64,000 nucleotides of DNA. Origin: the human T2T-CHM13v2.0 reference genome, Homo sapiens. The stretch is taken from assembly GCF_009914755.1 (NCBI RefSeq), contig NC_060948.1. The stretch is one strand, 5' to 3'. Each line of letters starts with the position of its first letter. Position 1 is the first letter of the stretch. The notes beneath the pieces were generated by a model. It saw only the letters and a list, made by a program, of their open reading frames with translations, did not search any database and was not told the origin of the DNA. Of this stretch, positions 1 through 14,294 are shown in pieces. The position numbers and the translations under genes are program-made.

Positions 1-62
1 AGACAAAAATAGAGAAAATCAACAAAAACAAAGTTGGTTTCTTGACAAGAAAAATAAAATGG

Positions 63-372
63 AGTTGGGCACACTGGCTCATGCCTGAAATCCCAACACT
101 TTGGAAGGCCAGGGCAGGTGGATCACCTGAGGTCAGGAGTTCTAAATGAGCCTGACCAATATGGTGAGACACCATCTCTACTGAAAAATGCAAAAATTAG
201 CTGGGCTTGGTGGTGCACACCTGTAATCCCAACTACTCAGGATGTTGACGCAGGAGAATTGCCTGAACCCAGGAGGCGGAGGTTGCCCCATTGAGCCGAG
301 ATCAACCCATTGCACTGCAGCCTGGGCAACAAGACTGAATCTCCATCTCAGAGAGGAAAAAAAAAAAAAAAA
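63..372 (+). mobile_element. AluS
   Basis: Dimeric Alu with A tail; AAAATGGA on both flanks. Confidence 0.92.
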
Positions 373-583
373 CAAAGCAAAAGAAAATGGATAAATCTCA
401 AGATAGATTGATTAGGAAAAAGGAGAGATCAAAATTTTTCACATTAGGAATGAGAGAATGGGTATCAGTGGTTTCTAAGATATTAAAAAGTATAAAAAGG
501 GAATATCACTTGTAAAATTTTATGCCCATAAATTTTACAATGGAAATGAAATTAACAAATGTCCTAAAACATATAAAATATCA

Positions 584-958
<375 letters not shown>

Positions 959-1475
959 GTAAAAATTTTCAATTTGTAGTTAGAAATCTTCCCACAAAGG
1001 AGATTTGAGACCCAGATAGCTTTGCCAGTGAATTCTGCCAAACATTTAATGAAGAAATAATACCAATTCTATACAAACTATCCCAGAGAACTTATGAGGC
1101 AGGGAATATTTGTAAGAGACCAGAATTACCATGGCACAAAAACCTTACTAAGATGTTAACAAAAAAGCAAACTATAGGCCAAGATTCTTCATGAATATAG
1201 AAGAAAAAAATTAAAATTTTAGCAAGCTGAATTCAAAATCTATAAAAAGAATACAATATCATGATAAATTGGGATTTTACTTCCTAGGAATTCAGGATGA
1301 TTTTACACTGAAAATAAATCAGTACAATTCTCCATGTTAGCAAAGAGATAAATCACATGATCATCTCAAAAGACACAGAAAAAGCAGGTAACAAAAATCT
1401 AACATGTATTATTAAATAAAAACTTTCAGCAAACTAAGCATAGAAAAGCATTTCCTCAAACTGATAAAGGGCATC

Positions 1476-2026
1476 TGTGATGGTTAATACTGAGTATTAA
1501 CTTGACTAGCTTGAAGGATGCGAAGTAGTGTTCCTGGGTGTGTCTGTGAGGGTGTTGCCAAAGGAGATTAACATTTGAGTCAGTAGACTGGGAGAGGCAG
1601 ACCCACCCTCATTCTGGGTGGCCACAATCTAATCAGCTGCCAGCACAGCTAGAATAAAGCAGGCAGAAGAACATGGAAGAACTAGACTTGCTGAGCCTTC
1701 CGGCTTTCATCTTTCTCCTGTGCTGGATGCTTCCTGCCCTCAAACATCGGAGTGCATGTTTTTCAGCTTTTGGAGTCTCAGGCTTGATGCCAGTGGTTTG
1801 CTAAGGGCTCTCAGGCCTTCGGCCACAGACTGAAGGCGGCACTGTTGGCTTCCCTATTTTTGAGGTTTTGGGGCTTGGACTGGGCTTTCTTGCTCGTCAG
1901 CTTGTAGACGGCCTATCATGGGATTTCACCTTGTGATCATGTGAGTCAATACTCCTTAATAAATTCCCTTTCATATACACATCTCTCCTATTAGTTCTGT
2001 TCCTCTGGAGACTCCTGAATAATACA
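1476..2026 (+). mobile_element. Solo LTR, MLT2A family (ERVL)
   Basis: TGTGATGGTTAATACTGAG...AATACA, 551 bp, perfect 5-bp target duplication GCATC at 1471-1475 and 2027-2031. Confidence 0.88.
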
Positions 2027-2829
2027 GCATCTATGAAAAATCTATAGCTAAAAACTTACTTCATGATAAAAGACTGAATGCATTTCCTCTGTGATCAGGA
2101 CTAAGACAAGGATGTCTGCTCTCACCACTTGTATTCAACCTTGTGCTGGAGATACTGGAACATATAATCAGACATGAAAAAAATGCATCCAGAATGGAAG
2201 AAATAAAACTGTCTTTATATATAGCCAACATGACTATCTATCTAGAAAATCTAATAGAAACACAAAAAAGTTAGAAGTAATAATTGATTTTAGCTAAGGT
2301 TTTAGGATAAAATATCAATAAAAAATCAACTGTATTTCTACAGACTAGCAAAGAACAATCACAAGTTGAAATTTTAAAAATACTTTGAATAACATAAAAA
2401 TATGAAATACATAGGGATAAATCTGACATAAAATGTGAAAGATGTGTACACTATAAACTATAATACATTGCCAAAAGAAATTAAGGACCTATATAAATGG
2501 AGAGATAGACCATGTTTATGGATTAAAAGACTCATTATTATTAATATGCCAATTATCTCCAAATTATGGATTCAATGGAATCACAATCAAAACCCTAGCA
2601 GACATTTTATAGAAATTGACAAGCTGACTCTAAGATTAATGTGGAAATGAAAAGGAACCATACTAGACAAAACAATTTGGGAAAAGAAGAACTAGGCGGA
2701 TTAACACTGTCTCACGTCAAGACTTATTACTAAGCTACAGTAACCAAAATAGTGGGTATTGACATCACAATAGACAAGGGATATCATTAAAAAATATAGA
2801 GAGCCCAGAAAGAGACCTAAATATATATG

Positions 2830-2832
<3 letters not shown>

Positions 2833-2870
<38 letters not shown>

Positions 2871-2895
2871 TGTCTGTCTGTCTGTGTGTTTGTGT
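2833..2895. repeat. (TG)n(TCTG)n microsatellite
   Basis: Seen directly. Confidence 0.97.
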
Positions 2896-4495
2896 TTACA
2901 AATGTGCAAATGTAATTAAGTGGAGAAAGGACAGTCTTTTCAACAAATGGTGCTAGAATAATTGGTTACCATATGCAAAATCCATACTTCACACTATACC
3001 TAGAAATGAACTGAAAAATGGGTCACAGGCCTAAGTTAGAAACCAAAAACGATAACATTTCTAAAAGAAAATCTTTGTGACTTTGCACTGGGCAAAGATT
3101 TCTTAGCTGTAACACCAAAAGCATGATCCATAAAAGAACAAACTGATAAACTGGATTTCATCAAAATTCAAAACTTCTGTTCTTCAGATGATGCTACTAA
3201 GAGAATGAGAAAACAAGCCAGACTGGGAGAAAATATTTGCACAGAATATGTCTGATAACAACCTTCATCCAGAATGTATAAAGTACTCTCAAAATCGAGT
3301 TAGAAAAACAATAAAACAATGGGCAAAATACTTGAACAGATACTTCCACAAAGAAGATACAGGGATGGGAAATAAGCATATGAAAAGATGTTCAAAATCA
3401 TTAGTAGTTAGGAAAATACAAGTTAAAAGCATTATATGCCTACCACAATAGCTAAATTTAAAAAGATTGACAATACCAAATGTTGTCAAGGAGGTGGAGG
3501 AATTAGAACTGATATACTGTTGGAAACGAAAAATGGAAAACCTGCAGTTTCTTAAAAAGTCAGACGTATTCCTGCTATGTGATCCAGCACTTGTATATCC
3601 AAGAGAACTAAAAGCGTATCATAAAGTGACTCATATATAAATGTTTATAGCAGCTTTATTTGTAAAAGTCTCACACTGAAAACAACCCAAATGTCCATAA
3701 CAGGTAACTAGATAAAGAAATGTTGGTGTATTCATACAATGAAATACTATTCAGCAAAAAAAAAAAAAAAAAAAAAAAAAAGTCTATGGATACATACAAC
3801 AATATGAATGAATGTTAAAGTAATTATGCTGAATAAAAGAAGCCACACCAAAATAAACTACTTATTGTATTATTACATTGGTATATGCCTCTAGACAATT
3901 AAAACCAATCTGTATGACAGAAAGGAGATCAGTGGTTGCCTGAGAAGAGGGTACATGGAGAGAGACAGGAAGGAGAGATTACAAAGGAGCACAAGGATAC
4001 CTTTTGGGATGATGTTTATGTTCACTATATTGATCGGCTTCATGGGTATATACGTATGTCAAAACTTATCAAATTGTACACTAGATACATATGCTGTTTA
4101 TTTTATGTCACTTATACTTCAAAATGCTGTTAAAACTCTCACCAAATTAGGTATGCAAGGAATGTTCCTCAACAGAATAAATGCCATATTGGACAAGCCC
4201 ACAGCCAACATCATACCCAATGGTAAAAAGCAGAAAGCTTTTCTTCTATGATCAGGAACAAGGGTGCCCACACTCACCACTTCTATTGTGCATAGTACCA
4301 CAAGTGCTACCTAGAGCAGTTAGGCAAGAAAAAGAAATAAAAAATATCCAAATCAGAAAGGAAGAAGCAAAATTGTCTCCGTAGATGACATGACCTTGTA
4401 TACAGAAACTCCACCAAAAAACTGTTAGACCTAAAAAGAGAATTCAGTAAAGTTCCAGAATACCAAAATCAACATTAAAATTGAATTGCAATTCT

Positions 4496-4496
4496 T

Positions 4497-4540
<44 letters not shown>

Positions 4541-4820
4541 CTTTAAGTTTTAGGGTACATGTGCACAACGTGCAGGTTTGTTACATATGTATACATGTGC
4601 CATGTTGGTGTGCTGCACCCATTAACTCCAACAATGATAGACTGGATTAAGAAAATGTGGCACATATACACCATGGAATACTATGCTGCCATAAAAAATG
4701 ATGAGTTCATGTCCTTTGTAGAGACATGGATGAAGCTGGAAACCATCATTCTCAGCAAACTATCGCAAGGACAAAAAACCAAACACCGCACGTTCTCAAT
4801 CACTGGTGGGAATTGAACAA
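4496..4820 (-). mobile_element. Short 5'-inverted (twin-primed) L1PA insertion with (AAT)n tail
   Basis: Minus-strand 3' end 4496-4628 fused to plus-strand ORF2 C-terminus 4629-4820; TSD tgaattgca(a/c)ttct at 4482-4495 and 4821-4834. Confidence 0.88.
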
Positions 4821-5289
4821 TGAATTGCACTTCTATACAGCACCAACAAATTATCTGAAAAAGAAAGAAAGAAAACAATCCTACTTACAATAGCAACAAG
4901 CACAATAAAATTACTTAGGAATACATTTAACCAAGAAGTTTAAATATCAGCATATAAAACACTGAGAAAATAAATTGAAGATGACACAAATAAAAAGAAA
5001 GACATCACATGTTCATGTATCAGAATTAATATTATTAAAATATCCATACTACCCAAGGTGATCTATAGGTTCATTGCAAACTCTATCAAAATTCCAATGG
5101 CAGCATTCTTCACAGATAGAGAAAAAATAATTCTAAGATTCATATGGAACCACAAAAAAACCTGACCAAAGCAATCTTGAGAAAGAAGAGCGAAGCTGGA
5201 GGCATCACATTTCCTGATTTCAAACTATGTTACAAAGCTATGTTAATCTAAAGAGTATGGTACTGGCATAAAAACAAACACATAGACTA

Positions 5290-5773
5290 ATAGAACATCA
5301 TGAGTTTGAATGGTACAGGTCCACTTATATGTGAATTTTCTTCTGTTTCTGTCACATCTGAGACAGCAAGACCAATCCTCCTCTTCCTTCTCTTCCTCAG
5401 TCTACCCAATAGGAACACAAGGAGTATGAAGACCTCTCCGCTTTGACTTAAGGAATAGTAAATATATTTTCTTTTCCTTATGATTTTCTTAATAACACCA
5501 TCTTTTCTATAGTTTACTTTAGCGTACAAATACAGTATATAATACATATACAAAATACATGTTAATCAAGTGTTTACGTTATTGGTAAGGCTATTGGTCA
5601 ATAGTAGGCTATTAGTAGTTAAGCTTTTGGAGAATCAAGTTTTAAGGCCAAGGTAATTCAAGGCCCAGTCTGGGAAACATAGTGAGACCCCATGCCTTAA
5701 GAAAAAGTTATATGCTGATTTCCGACTATGCAGGGGTCAGTGCTCAAACTCCACGCTGTTCAAGGGTCAACAG
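5290..5773. mobile_element. Tigger3/MER7-like DNA transposon remnant with a small Alu fragment inside
   Basis: Motifs GGTCCACTTATATGTGAATTTTC and terminal TGTTCAAGGGTCAAC. Confidence 0.65.
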
Positions 5774-5983
5774 TGTATTATATGCAGAATATAAGAGAGT
5801 TGAACTCATCAAAACATAGAGTACCATGGCAGTTGCCAGGGAATGGCGGTGGGGGAAATGGGTAGATTTTGACCAAAGGGGACAAACTTTCAGTTATAAG
5901 ATGAGCAATTTCTGAGAATCTAATGTATAGCATGGGTGATAATGTATGTATTAATTAATTTGATTGTAGTAATTATACAATGT

Positions 5984-6018
5984 ATTAGGTTGGTGCAAAC
6001 TAATTGCACCAACCTAAT
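5984..6018. mobile_element. Internally deleted MADE1 (Hsmar1 MITE) hairpin
   Basis: ATTAGGTTGGTGCAA-actaa-TTGCACCAACCTAAT, 15-bp perfect inverted repeat matching mariner TIR ends. Confidence 0.85.
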
Positions 6019-6616
6019 TTAGGCATATCAAATAATTGCATTGTACACCTTGAGTATATACGCTCTTTGTCAATTAAATAAATAAAAATAAAAATGGTCA
6101 GATGAGTTTAATAATTAAGAATCTGAAAGAGGGAAAAGTCAGTTAGAATTTTGCTTGTAGTTACAGAATAGAGCCAAATATGTAAAATTTCCCTGTTCAA
6201 TTAAAAATCACTAAAAAACTAACACTAATATGAATGTATGCTAATTCTGCAATGGTTTTGTACAGTGTGGTCATCTACAAGTTCAAATGCTACACAAGTA
6301 TTCAAAAAATCATTGGGAAAGTGTTTCTAGTCTAATGCTAAGTGAGTAAAGGAGACTGAAAAATTGTGCCTAAACCTATGGGTGACAACTTTCCTTCTCA
6401 CTATTAAAACTTGTTTCGAGCAATACTTTGTAATAAAATAGGAATGGAAACATTTTAAGGCTATTAACTTTTAATCAATGACTTAAAGACAGTCACTTAT
6501 TTTTTTTTCTAAACTATTCAAAACCTAAACAGGTGGTATGGAGGAAAGACCTGCACTTTTTGAGGAGTTTGAATAATCAGGCAATTGACCACATCAAACA
6601 AATTAATCTCTAGGGA

Positions 6617-6977
6617 GAGGCTGAAAATCCCTTCTCCAAAATGCTTGAAACCAGAAGTGTTTCGGATTTGGCGGTTTTTTTGTTTGTTTGTTTTTGATTT
6701 TGATTTTGGAATATTTGCATATATATAATGAGATATCTGGGAGTGAGACCCAAATCTAAACATGGAATTCATTTATGTTTCATATATACCTTAGGCACAT
6801 AGTCTGAAAGTAATTTTATACAACACCTTAAATAATTTTGTCTATGAAACAATGTTTTTGTACACTGAACCATCTGAAAGCAAAGGTTTCACTATCTCAT
6901 ATTAGCACTGAAAAACTTTCAGATTCAGGGGCATTTCTGGATTTGGGATTTTTGTATTAGGATGCACACATCCTGTA
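6617..6977. mobile_element. Tigger4/MER46 (Zombi) DNA transposon remnant
   Basis: Begins ...ATCCCTTCTCCAAAATGCTTGAAACCAGAAGTGTTTCGGATTT; degenerate TIR at the end. Confidence 0.7.
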
Positions 6978-8164
6978 CTGATTTTAAAAGAAGGCTTTCC
7001 TGGGAATGATGCAGCCCAATAGAAATGGCAACTACCATTAAAAGCAAAAAGCTAGATTGAAATATTATCAGAATAAGTTGCCACATCACTCATTATTCAC
7101 TAAAACACTTCTATTCAAAAGGCCCAATTTTTGTAGATTCCTGAAGTAGGACTTGACACCAGGTATCACAAATTTACAAACTTACCACTTCAGCGTTTTA
7201 AAACTTTCTTACCAGGATCCCTGGTCTTCTGGGTGCCATGGAAACTCCAACTAGAAAAGAAAATGAAATTCCCTTCGGCTGGAAACTGTTCGTGTCATTC
7301 CTGAGCCCCCCTAGGTGTCTATTGTAGATTATATAAGCTGCAGTTCGCAAATGCACTTTGCATTTGTTCCACAAACCCTGTTGAATGCTTGTTTTGTAGG
7401 AGGTTCCACATGCTGGGCAAAGAAGAATGAATAAAACACAGTCTCTGCCCTGGAAGAATTTACAAAGAAATAGTGGTACTACAGGTGCTGTGGAACAGCA
7501 CAGAGTGTGTAAATGTTAGCTTAATGGTATCTTTCTAACATCAAACTTTTTTATTTCTTCTGTTTTCACACTCTCATTGCAAAAAACTCAAACAATTCAG
7601 AAAAGAATAAAGAAGAAAATTTAAAACTCTTTGAAATCCTACCATCAAGTAATAAGCATTGCTAACATTTGATGAACATCTTTCTTAAGCATTCATGTAC
7701 TAAAAAAATGAGAATTACACCCTAAACGCTATTTTTATAAACTCAGTGCTATTTTTCAACATTCCTTTTCCTAATCAGGAGCATGTAGTAGATCTCATGA
7801 GATGCTGCATCTTTTTCTTAATGTGATGTCAGCTATTATCATTTATATGCATTGGCCTGTCATAAAAGTCTGCAGAATCTAACTAAAGCCACCTAGGTTC
7901 ATTCACCTCTACCTTATCTTGCAGGTGCTGCCTCTTGTCCCAGTGTGGAAGGAACCCTGACCTTGCAATTGAAAGGCCTTGCTTCTGGTGCTGACCACGT
8001 TCTGACCCTCAGCCATCCCTTAAACCTCCCTAAGTTCCAATGTTCTCTTCTGTAAAACGAGGGTTGTAAATATTTGCCCTGCCTGCCTTCTTCCCACTGG
8101 CTATTCCCTCTGCCAAAAACTGGGCTACTTGACCTCCAGGAAGCTTGCATATGTGTCACTCTTT

Positions 8165-8305
8165 ATTCTCCTTATCATCTTTCTCCTTCACTAGAACATA
8201 AAGCACTACAAGGGCAAACATTTTTGTATGCTTTGTTTCCCGATATTTCTGTCTAGAACAATGTCTAGTGTAGTAGATGACAAACAAATGCTTGCTGAAT
8301 TAATT
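8165..8305 (+). mobile_element. L2 3' end
   Basis: CTAGAAC...AGGGCA...CTAGAACAATGTCT...AAATGCTTGCTGAAT pattern. Confidence 0.55.
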
Positions 8306-8620
8306 GGACAGAGCTGAACAGAGAATGGGAGGTGGGAAGACTGCCTCGCCACACAACTCTGGGGGAATCCTTCACATTGTAGTCCATGTGATGGCATCTC
8401 CTGGAAGTGTGCAACTGCACAGGCTTCACAGCTGTGCGGCAACCCCAACAACAACCGTGGAAGTACTCTGTCAAAGAGTATGAATTATTAAATAAAAATA
8501 TTTTTTCTAGTAATGAAAAAATGTGAAAACAAATAAAGGAAAAAAATCATCTCAAATTCTTCAACCTAGTGATAATATCTTCATTAGTATTTGCTGAACA
8601 TCCTTCTAGACACTTCTCTA

Positions 8621-8623
<3 letters not shown>

Positions 8624-8662
<39 letters not shown>
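8624..8662. repeat. (AT)n microsatellite
   Basis: Seen directly. Confidence 0.97.
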
Positions 8663-8665
<3 letters not shown>

Positions 8666-8794
8666 ATCTTCATTTTGCATAAGTGACATCATACCATAAA
8701 TGCTATACTAGTATCTGCTTTTGTTTTTGCCCAATAGTATATTATAATCAGCTCTCTTTGTCAGTAAATACAAATCCATATCATCTCTGTAAAC

Positions 8795-9031
8795 CAGGGG
8801 TCTGCAAATTAAGGCTCATAAGCCAATTCCACCTGGGTTTTGTGTTTTTTTTTTTTTTTGGTAAATTAACAAAGTTTTATTGGAACATGAATGTGCTGAT
8901 TCCTTTATGTACTATCTATGCCCATTGCTGTGCTACAATAGCAGAATCGATTATTTCTGACAGACACCATATGGCCCACAAATCTACAATACTTACTATC
9001 TATTCTTTTCCAGAAAAGTTTACCAGCCCTG
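8795..9031. mobile_element. MER58A-like hAT-Charlie element
   Basis: CAGGGGTCTGCAAA...TTTACCAGCCCTG terminal inverted repeats; ATGGCCCACAAA internal motif. Confidence 0.72.
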
Positions 9032-9869
9032 CTTCGTAGCTGAGTATTAAATGGTATGAAAATACTCTATTTGAATTATTCCTCTATCAGAACATATTTA
9101 CCTTGTTCCAATTTTTGTTGATAAATACGTCGTATACACATCTTTCAACTCATATCCAGTACATCACCTTGAGATAACTTCCTAGAAGTGGATTGGCTGG
9201 GCCAGACATGAACTCTATAAAGGTTCTTGATACACATGATTAAAATGCCCATGGCATGGAACCCTCATCTATTTCTGTGCTTTTGTATTTTCTGTGTGTA
9301 TTTCAGTTTTGTTTAGTTGGCTCAAGTAAAATTAGTTCCTTTTGAAAACGTTCAGCTTGTATGAACTCAACTAAGGGTACCAGGAATTTCCATCCGCAAC
9401 CCAGCCAGGAGTTTGCCAGAGGCCAGGAGAGCTCCTGTCCAGGCAGCTCCAAAGAGGCCAGGGGTCTGGTGAGGAATGGAGAAGAGCACGACTGAAAACT
9501 TAGAAGAGAGCAGCCAGGGACTGATGCCAGATCCGTTGACCCTGTCAAAAGATCTGAACTCTGCCCCACATTTGTCCTTTTGACCCCATCGAGTTAACCA
9601 GGAGTTTAGCCATCCATGCTCCACACAACTGTAGCTTTTCTTCTTCTTCTGTGCACCTATAACTCTGTCTCATTAGATTGCTCTGAAGTTTGTTATTGAT
9701 TATCTAGGAAATAAATACAACCAACTTTTTGCCTATTTCCCAATTGTTACGGCTGGTAGAAATAATCAGCATAAAATAAAACTGACAACAGATGATACCA
9801 CACATGGCAACAATGCTATTGATTAAAAATGGAAAGAAGGCTCGCATCCTTTTGATAAAATGCATTCAA

Positions 9870-10225
9870 ATTTTATTTTTTGTTTTTGTTTTTATTTTTT
9901 ATTTCGATAGCTTTAGGGGTGCACGTGGTTTTTTGTTACATGGATGAATTGTATAGTGGTGAAGTCTGAAATTTTAGTGCACCCATCACCTGAGTAGTGT
10001 ATATCGTACCCAATATGCAGCTTTTAGCCCTCATGCCTCACCCACCTTCTCCCCCTTTTGATTCTCTGATGTCCATTGTATAACTCTGAATGTCTTTGTG
10101 TCCTTATAGCTTAGCTCTCACTTATAACTGAGAACACATGGTTTCTGCATCTCCATTCTTAAGTTACTTCATTTGGAATAATGGCCTCCAGTTACACCCA
10201 AGTTGCTGCAAAAGACATTTTCTTT
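9870..10225 (-). mobile_element. L1PB/L1MA 3' fragment
   Basis: T-rich tail followed by GTTACATGGATGAATTGTATAGTGGTGAAGTCTG. Confidence 0.75.
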
Positions 10226-11789
10226 ACATTTAGACTTGCAAAATTTGATGTCAGAGAGATTTGGATTTGGAAAACAAAAGCAAAAATTGCAGTGGTTGAA
10301 ACTAAATAAGGAAAAATTAATGTGATACAAAAAAACTGATCAATGAATCTAATTTGTGTAAAAACAATGAAAATAAGGAAAGAATTGCAGTGAAAAGAAA
10401 GTTCAGTGAAATAAAATTAAACACAGCAAACATGGAAACTGGCTTTGCTGCATGGTACAGAATACAATCAAGGGATTAAATTGGCTTGAGATTGTGCTGG
10501 AAAATATTTTCTTGATGGAAAGCCACCTATGTTGGGGATGAAATTTCTTTAAACCGACAGCTAGACAAATAACTTTCTACTCATTATTGGACTTCTATAG
10601 TCAATTTTTCACAAGAATGTTGGAGTCTCTGAAATCACTAAAGCCCCAGTAAAAAGGAAAATGGAATCTCCTATCAGTTGCTGTATGTAGAACCTCTTTT
10701 GTAAGCAAGTGGCAGCCAATGTTAACACTTCTCACACTGACCTTAACAATTCTTAGAATATTAAAAAAATTCTGCACAGAAATTAAGTATTATGTACTTA
10801 TTTCTAACAATTCCAAGGAGGTAAACATTATTGTACAATTTCAAAGTCTTTTTTATAGTGTACATTTAATAGCAAATAAGAGAATATTTTACAATTTGAT
10901 TACATAATTTTACTTGTGAGTTTTGTAGGGTTTATGGGCCATATTATTTTTTACCCATCTACTATACTTATTTAATAGGCTTCTGGAGAGGATTTTATAA
11001 TGTTACACTAGTTAGTCTTATTTTTATTAGAATATGCTTTTTACTGAAGATTTCCTATATCAAAGAAACAAAGGAGAAAAATAAAATACAAAAATTAGAA
11101 ATCAGCCATAGCCTCTATGGAGTGCAGTCACCAAAGTGCCAATTCCAGAGGCAAAGTATTTTTGTTTTATTTATATTGTTATGGCTCATGTGGTGACTTC
11201 ATTTAAAGACACTGTTCCCAAAGCTGAATTATGTATGAAAGCAAATACGGGAGACAGGAAGCAGGGAAGGAAAAGAGTAAAATCAAGAAAGCAACATCTC
11301 AAATACCATGAATGATCCCGTTACTTTTTCCCCCTCATCAAGATCGACTCAAGGCCTGGGCTGCACAATACTGAGAAAGACCAATTAAAAACTAAATTGT
11401 CTGAAATGACTGTGGTCACACAGGTGAAATTTTGTTTTCTTAAGAGAAAAAAGAAATTTGTCAGCTTCTTGAGGGCAGAAAAATATTGTTGTAGATCTCT
11501 ATGTTGCCAACACTTAGTATAGAGCTAGTATAGTTATTTTTGAATAAATGAATGGGTAAGAAAAAAATAACGCACAAATGAAAATATGTCATTATTTAAA
11601 TACTTGGGACTTGTCGGTCTAGTCTTGCTCAGTGGTTCTCAGTGGTTCTCAATATTGACTGCACATTACAATCATTTCGAGAGTTATTTTTTCTTCACTT
11701 TTTACTATGTATTATATACAGAGAAGTACACATTTCTAGGGGAGCTTTTAGAAACTGCTAATGACCCCTATAATGGTTTAAATTTAAGA

Positions 11790-12756
<967 letters not shown>

Positions 12757-13349
12757 CTATTGACACCCAGATTCCACCTCAGACCAATTAAAATTAGAAT
12801 CTCTAATGGAATCCAGACATTGGACCTATTTAAAAGAGCTTCCTGAGTAGTCTGATGTGTAGGAAGAGTTGAGAACTAGTGGCCTTAACTTTAAGAGAAT
12901 ATTGGGGAGAAAATAAAACAACAAAATAATTTTTTAAAGAGTGACTATGAAGGATCATGGATGATTTTTATTTTCTTCTTTAAGCTACTCTTTATTTTTG
13001 GATCTTTTTCCATCATGAATTATGTGCATAATTTTAAAAGACAGTGTTATTTTATTTATTTACCTATTCTACTCCTCTCATCCTCTCCAATTTTGCCCTC
13101 TCATTCATTTTGGTTCAGATAAGCCATTATCTGACATTCGTTCATCCAAAGCTGATTAACCATCCTTTTATGCAAAGGACTGTCTTAGGAATTGAAGGTG
13201 CAAAAAAGAACAAACAAATCTGCTCCAGGCAATCAAAGGCATAGGAGACAAAGATGTACACATTTATTTTTAAAAGAACCTCCAAATATTATAGTAGCAC
13301 AAAGATGACAAGAGATAAGAATATGTTAATTTATTCTTGTGTGTTTCCA

Positions 13350-13930
13350 GAAAATGCGTGGAAATTTCTTTAAAAACTTAAAATGCACCTAACATAGGAC
13401 CTTGCTGTTCAATTCCTGGGTCTTTGCCCAAAAGAAATAAAAGCATACATCTACACAAAGACTTACACACTAATGTTAGTAGCACCTTTGTTTGCAATAG
13501 CCCCAAACGTGAAATAGCCCAAATGACCATCAGTATAAGAACGGATACACAAATTGTGTAAAATCTTTATTATGAAATACTACTCAGCAATAAAAAGGAA
13601 GAAACTATTGATACATGCAACAACACAGACGAATCTAAAAATCATTATGAGAAATGAGAGAATTCACAGACTAAAGGGTATATACTGTATGATTCCATTT
13701 ATATAAACTTCTAGAAAGCTTGAAGTAATTCATAGTGACAGAAAACAGATTATTAGTTGAGGGTGGGTTGGGGAATGAATTACAATGAGATGATGGGAAT
13801 GTTTCTTATCTTCACTGTTGTGATGGTTTCACAGTTGTATACATATGTCAAAACTCAGCAAGGTGTACAATTTTAATATGTGCAGTTTATGTACAGTAAT
13901 TATATTGCAATGAACCTGTTAAAATTAAAA
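13350..13930 (+). mobile_element. L1M 3' fragment
   Basis: ATGAAATACTACTCAGCAATAAAAAGGAA and TATACTGTATGATTCCATTTATATAAA motifs. Confidence 0.7.
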
Positions 13931-14294
13931 GGAGGAAGGAAAAAATAGTGAAACCAACAAGGCTGTGAATGGGCCTGAATGAGACCCATGGCATCCAGTT
14001 GGTATCCTTGCTAACAACAAGGAACCATCTTGTGGGTCTGGACTAGGGAGAAGAATCTGGTGACTTCCTCAACTTTAGAGTCTGTTACTAATAGGAGAAG
14101 CAGCCAGTGGAGAGGAGGACACTTGGGATGGGGCTTTGAACCTTGGGTTCAAAGAAGAACTTGGGTTCTTCTTTGAACCTTGAGAAGAACCTGCATGGAT
14201 GACAGACATATCAAGAAAACATGGGGCAGAGTCCCAGCACTTCCTTGTCTCACTGATTGTTTGGATTAAGCTAAAGTGATTTCAATCACTATTC

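Larger units (their letters stand above)
960..4125 (+). mobile_element. Old L1M ORF2/3'UTR remnant (also covers 1-640 between the Alus)
   Basis: Degenerate ORF2-like peptides (e.g. 2435..2650, 3248..3451), A-rich, L1M-type 3'UTR motifs. Confidence 0.8.
4130..6095 (+). mobile_element. L1MA-type fragment, interrupted by younger insertions
   Basis: ORF2 RT-region similarity ([24 protein letters not shown]) and L1MA-like 3' end near 5800-6095. Confidence 0.7.

Noticed and set aside
9303-9640. GC-richer segment with two overlapping minus-strand ORFs
   Set aside because: No recognisable protein or splice structure; possibly an old LTR fragment that I cannot identify
14135-14182. Local repeats of ttgaacctt / cttgggttc / gaagaac
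   Set aside because: Short slippage-type duplications without a coherent structure
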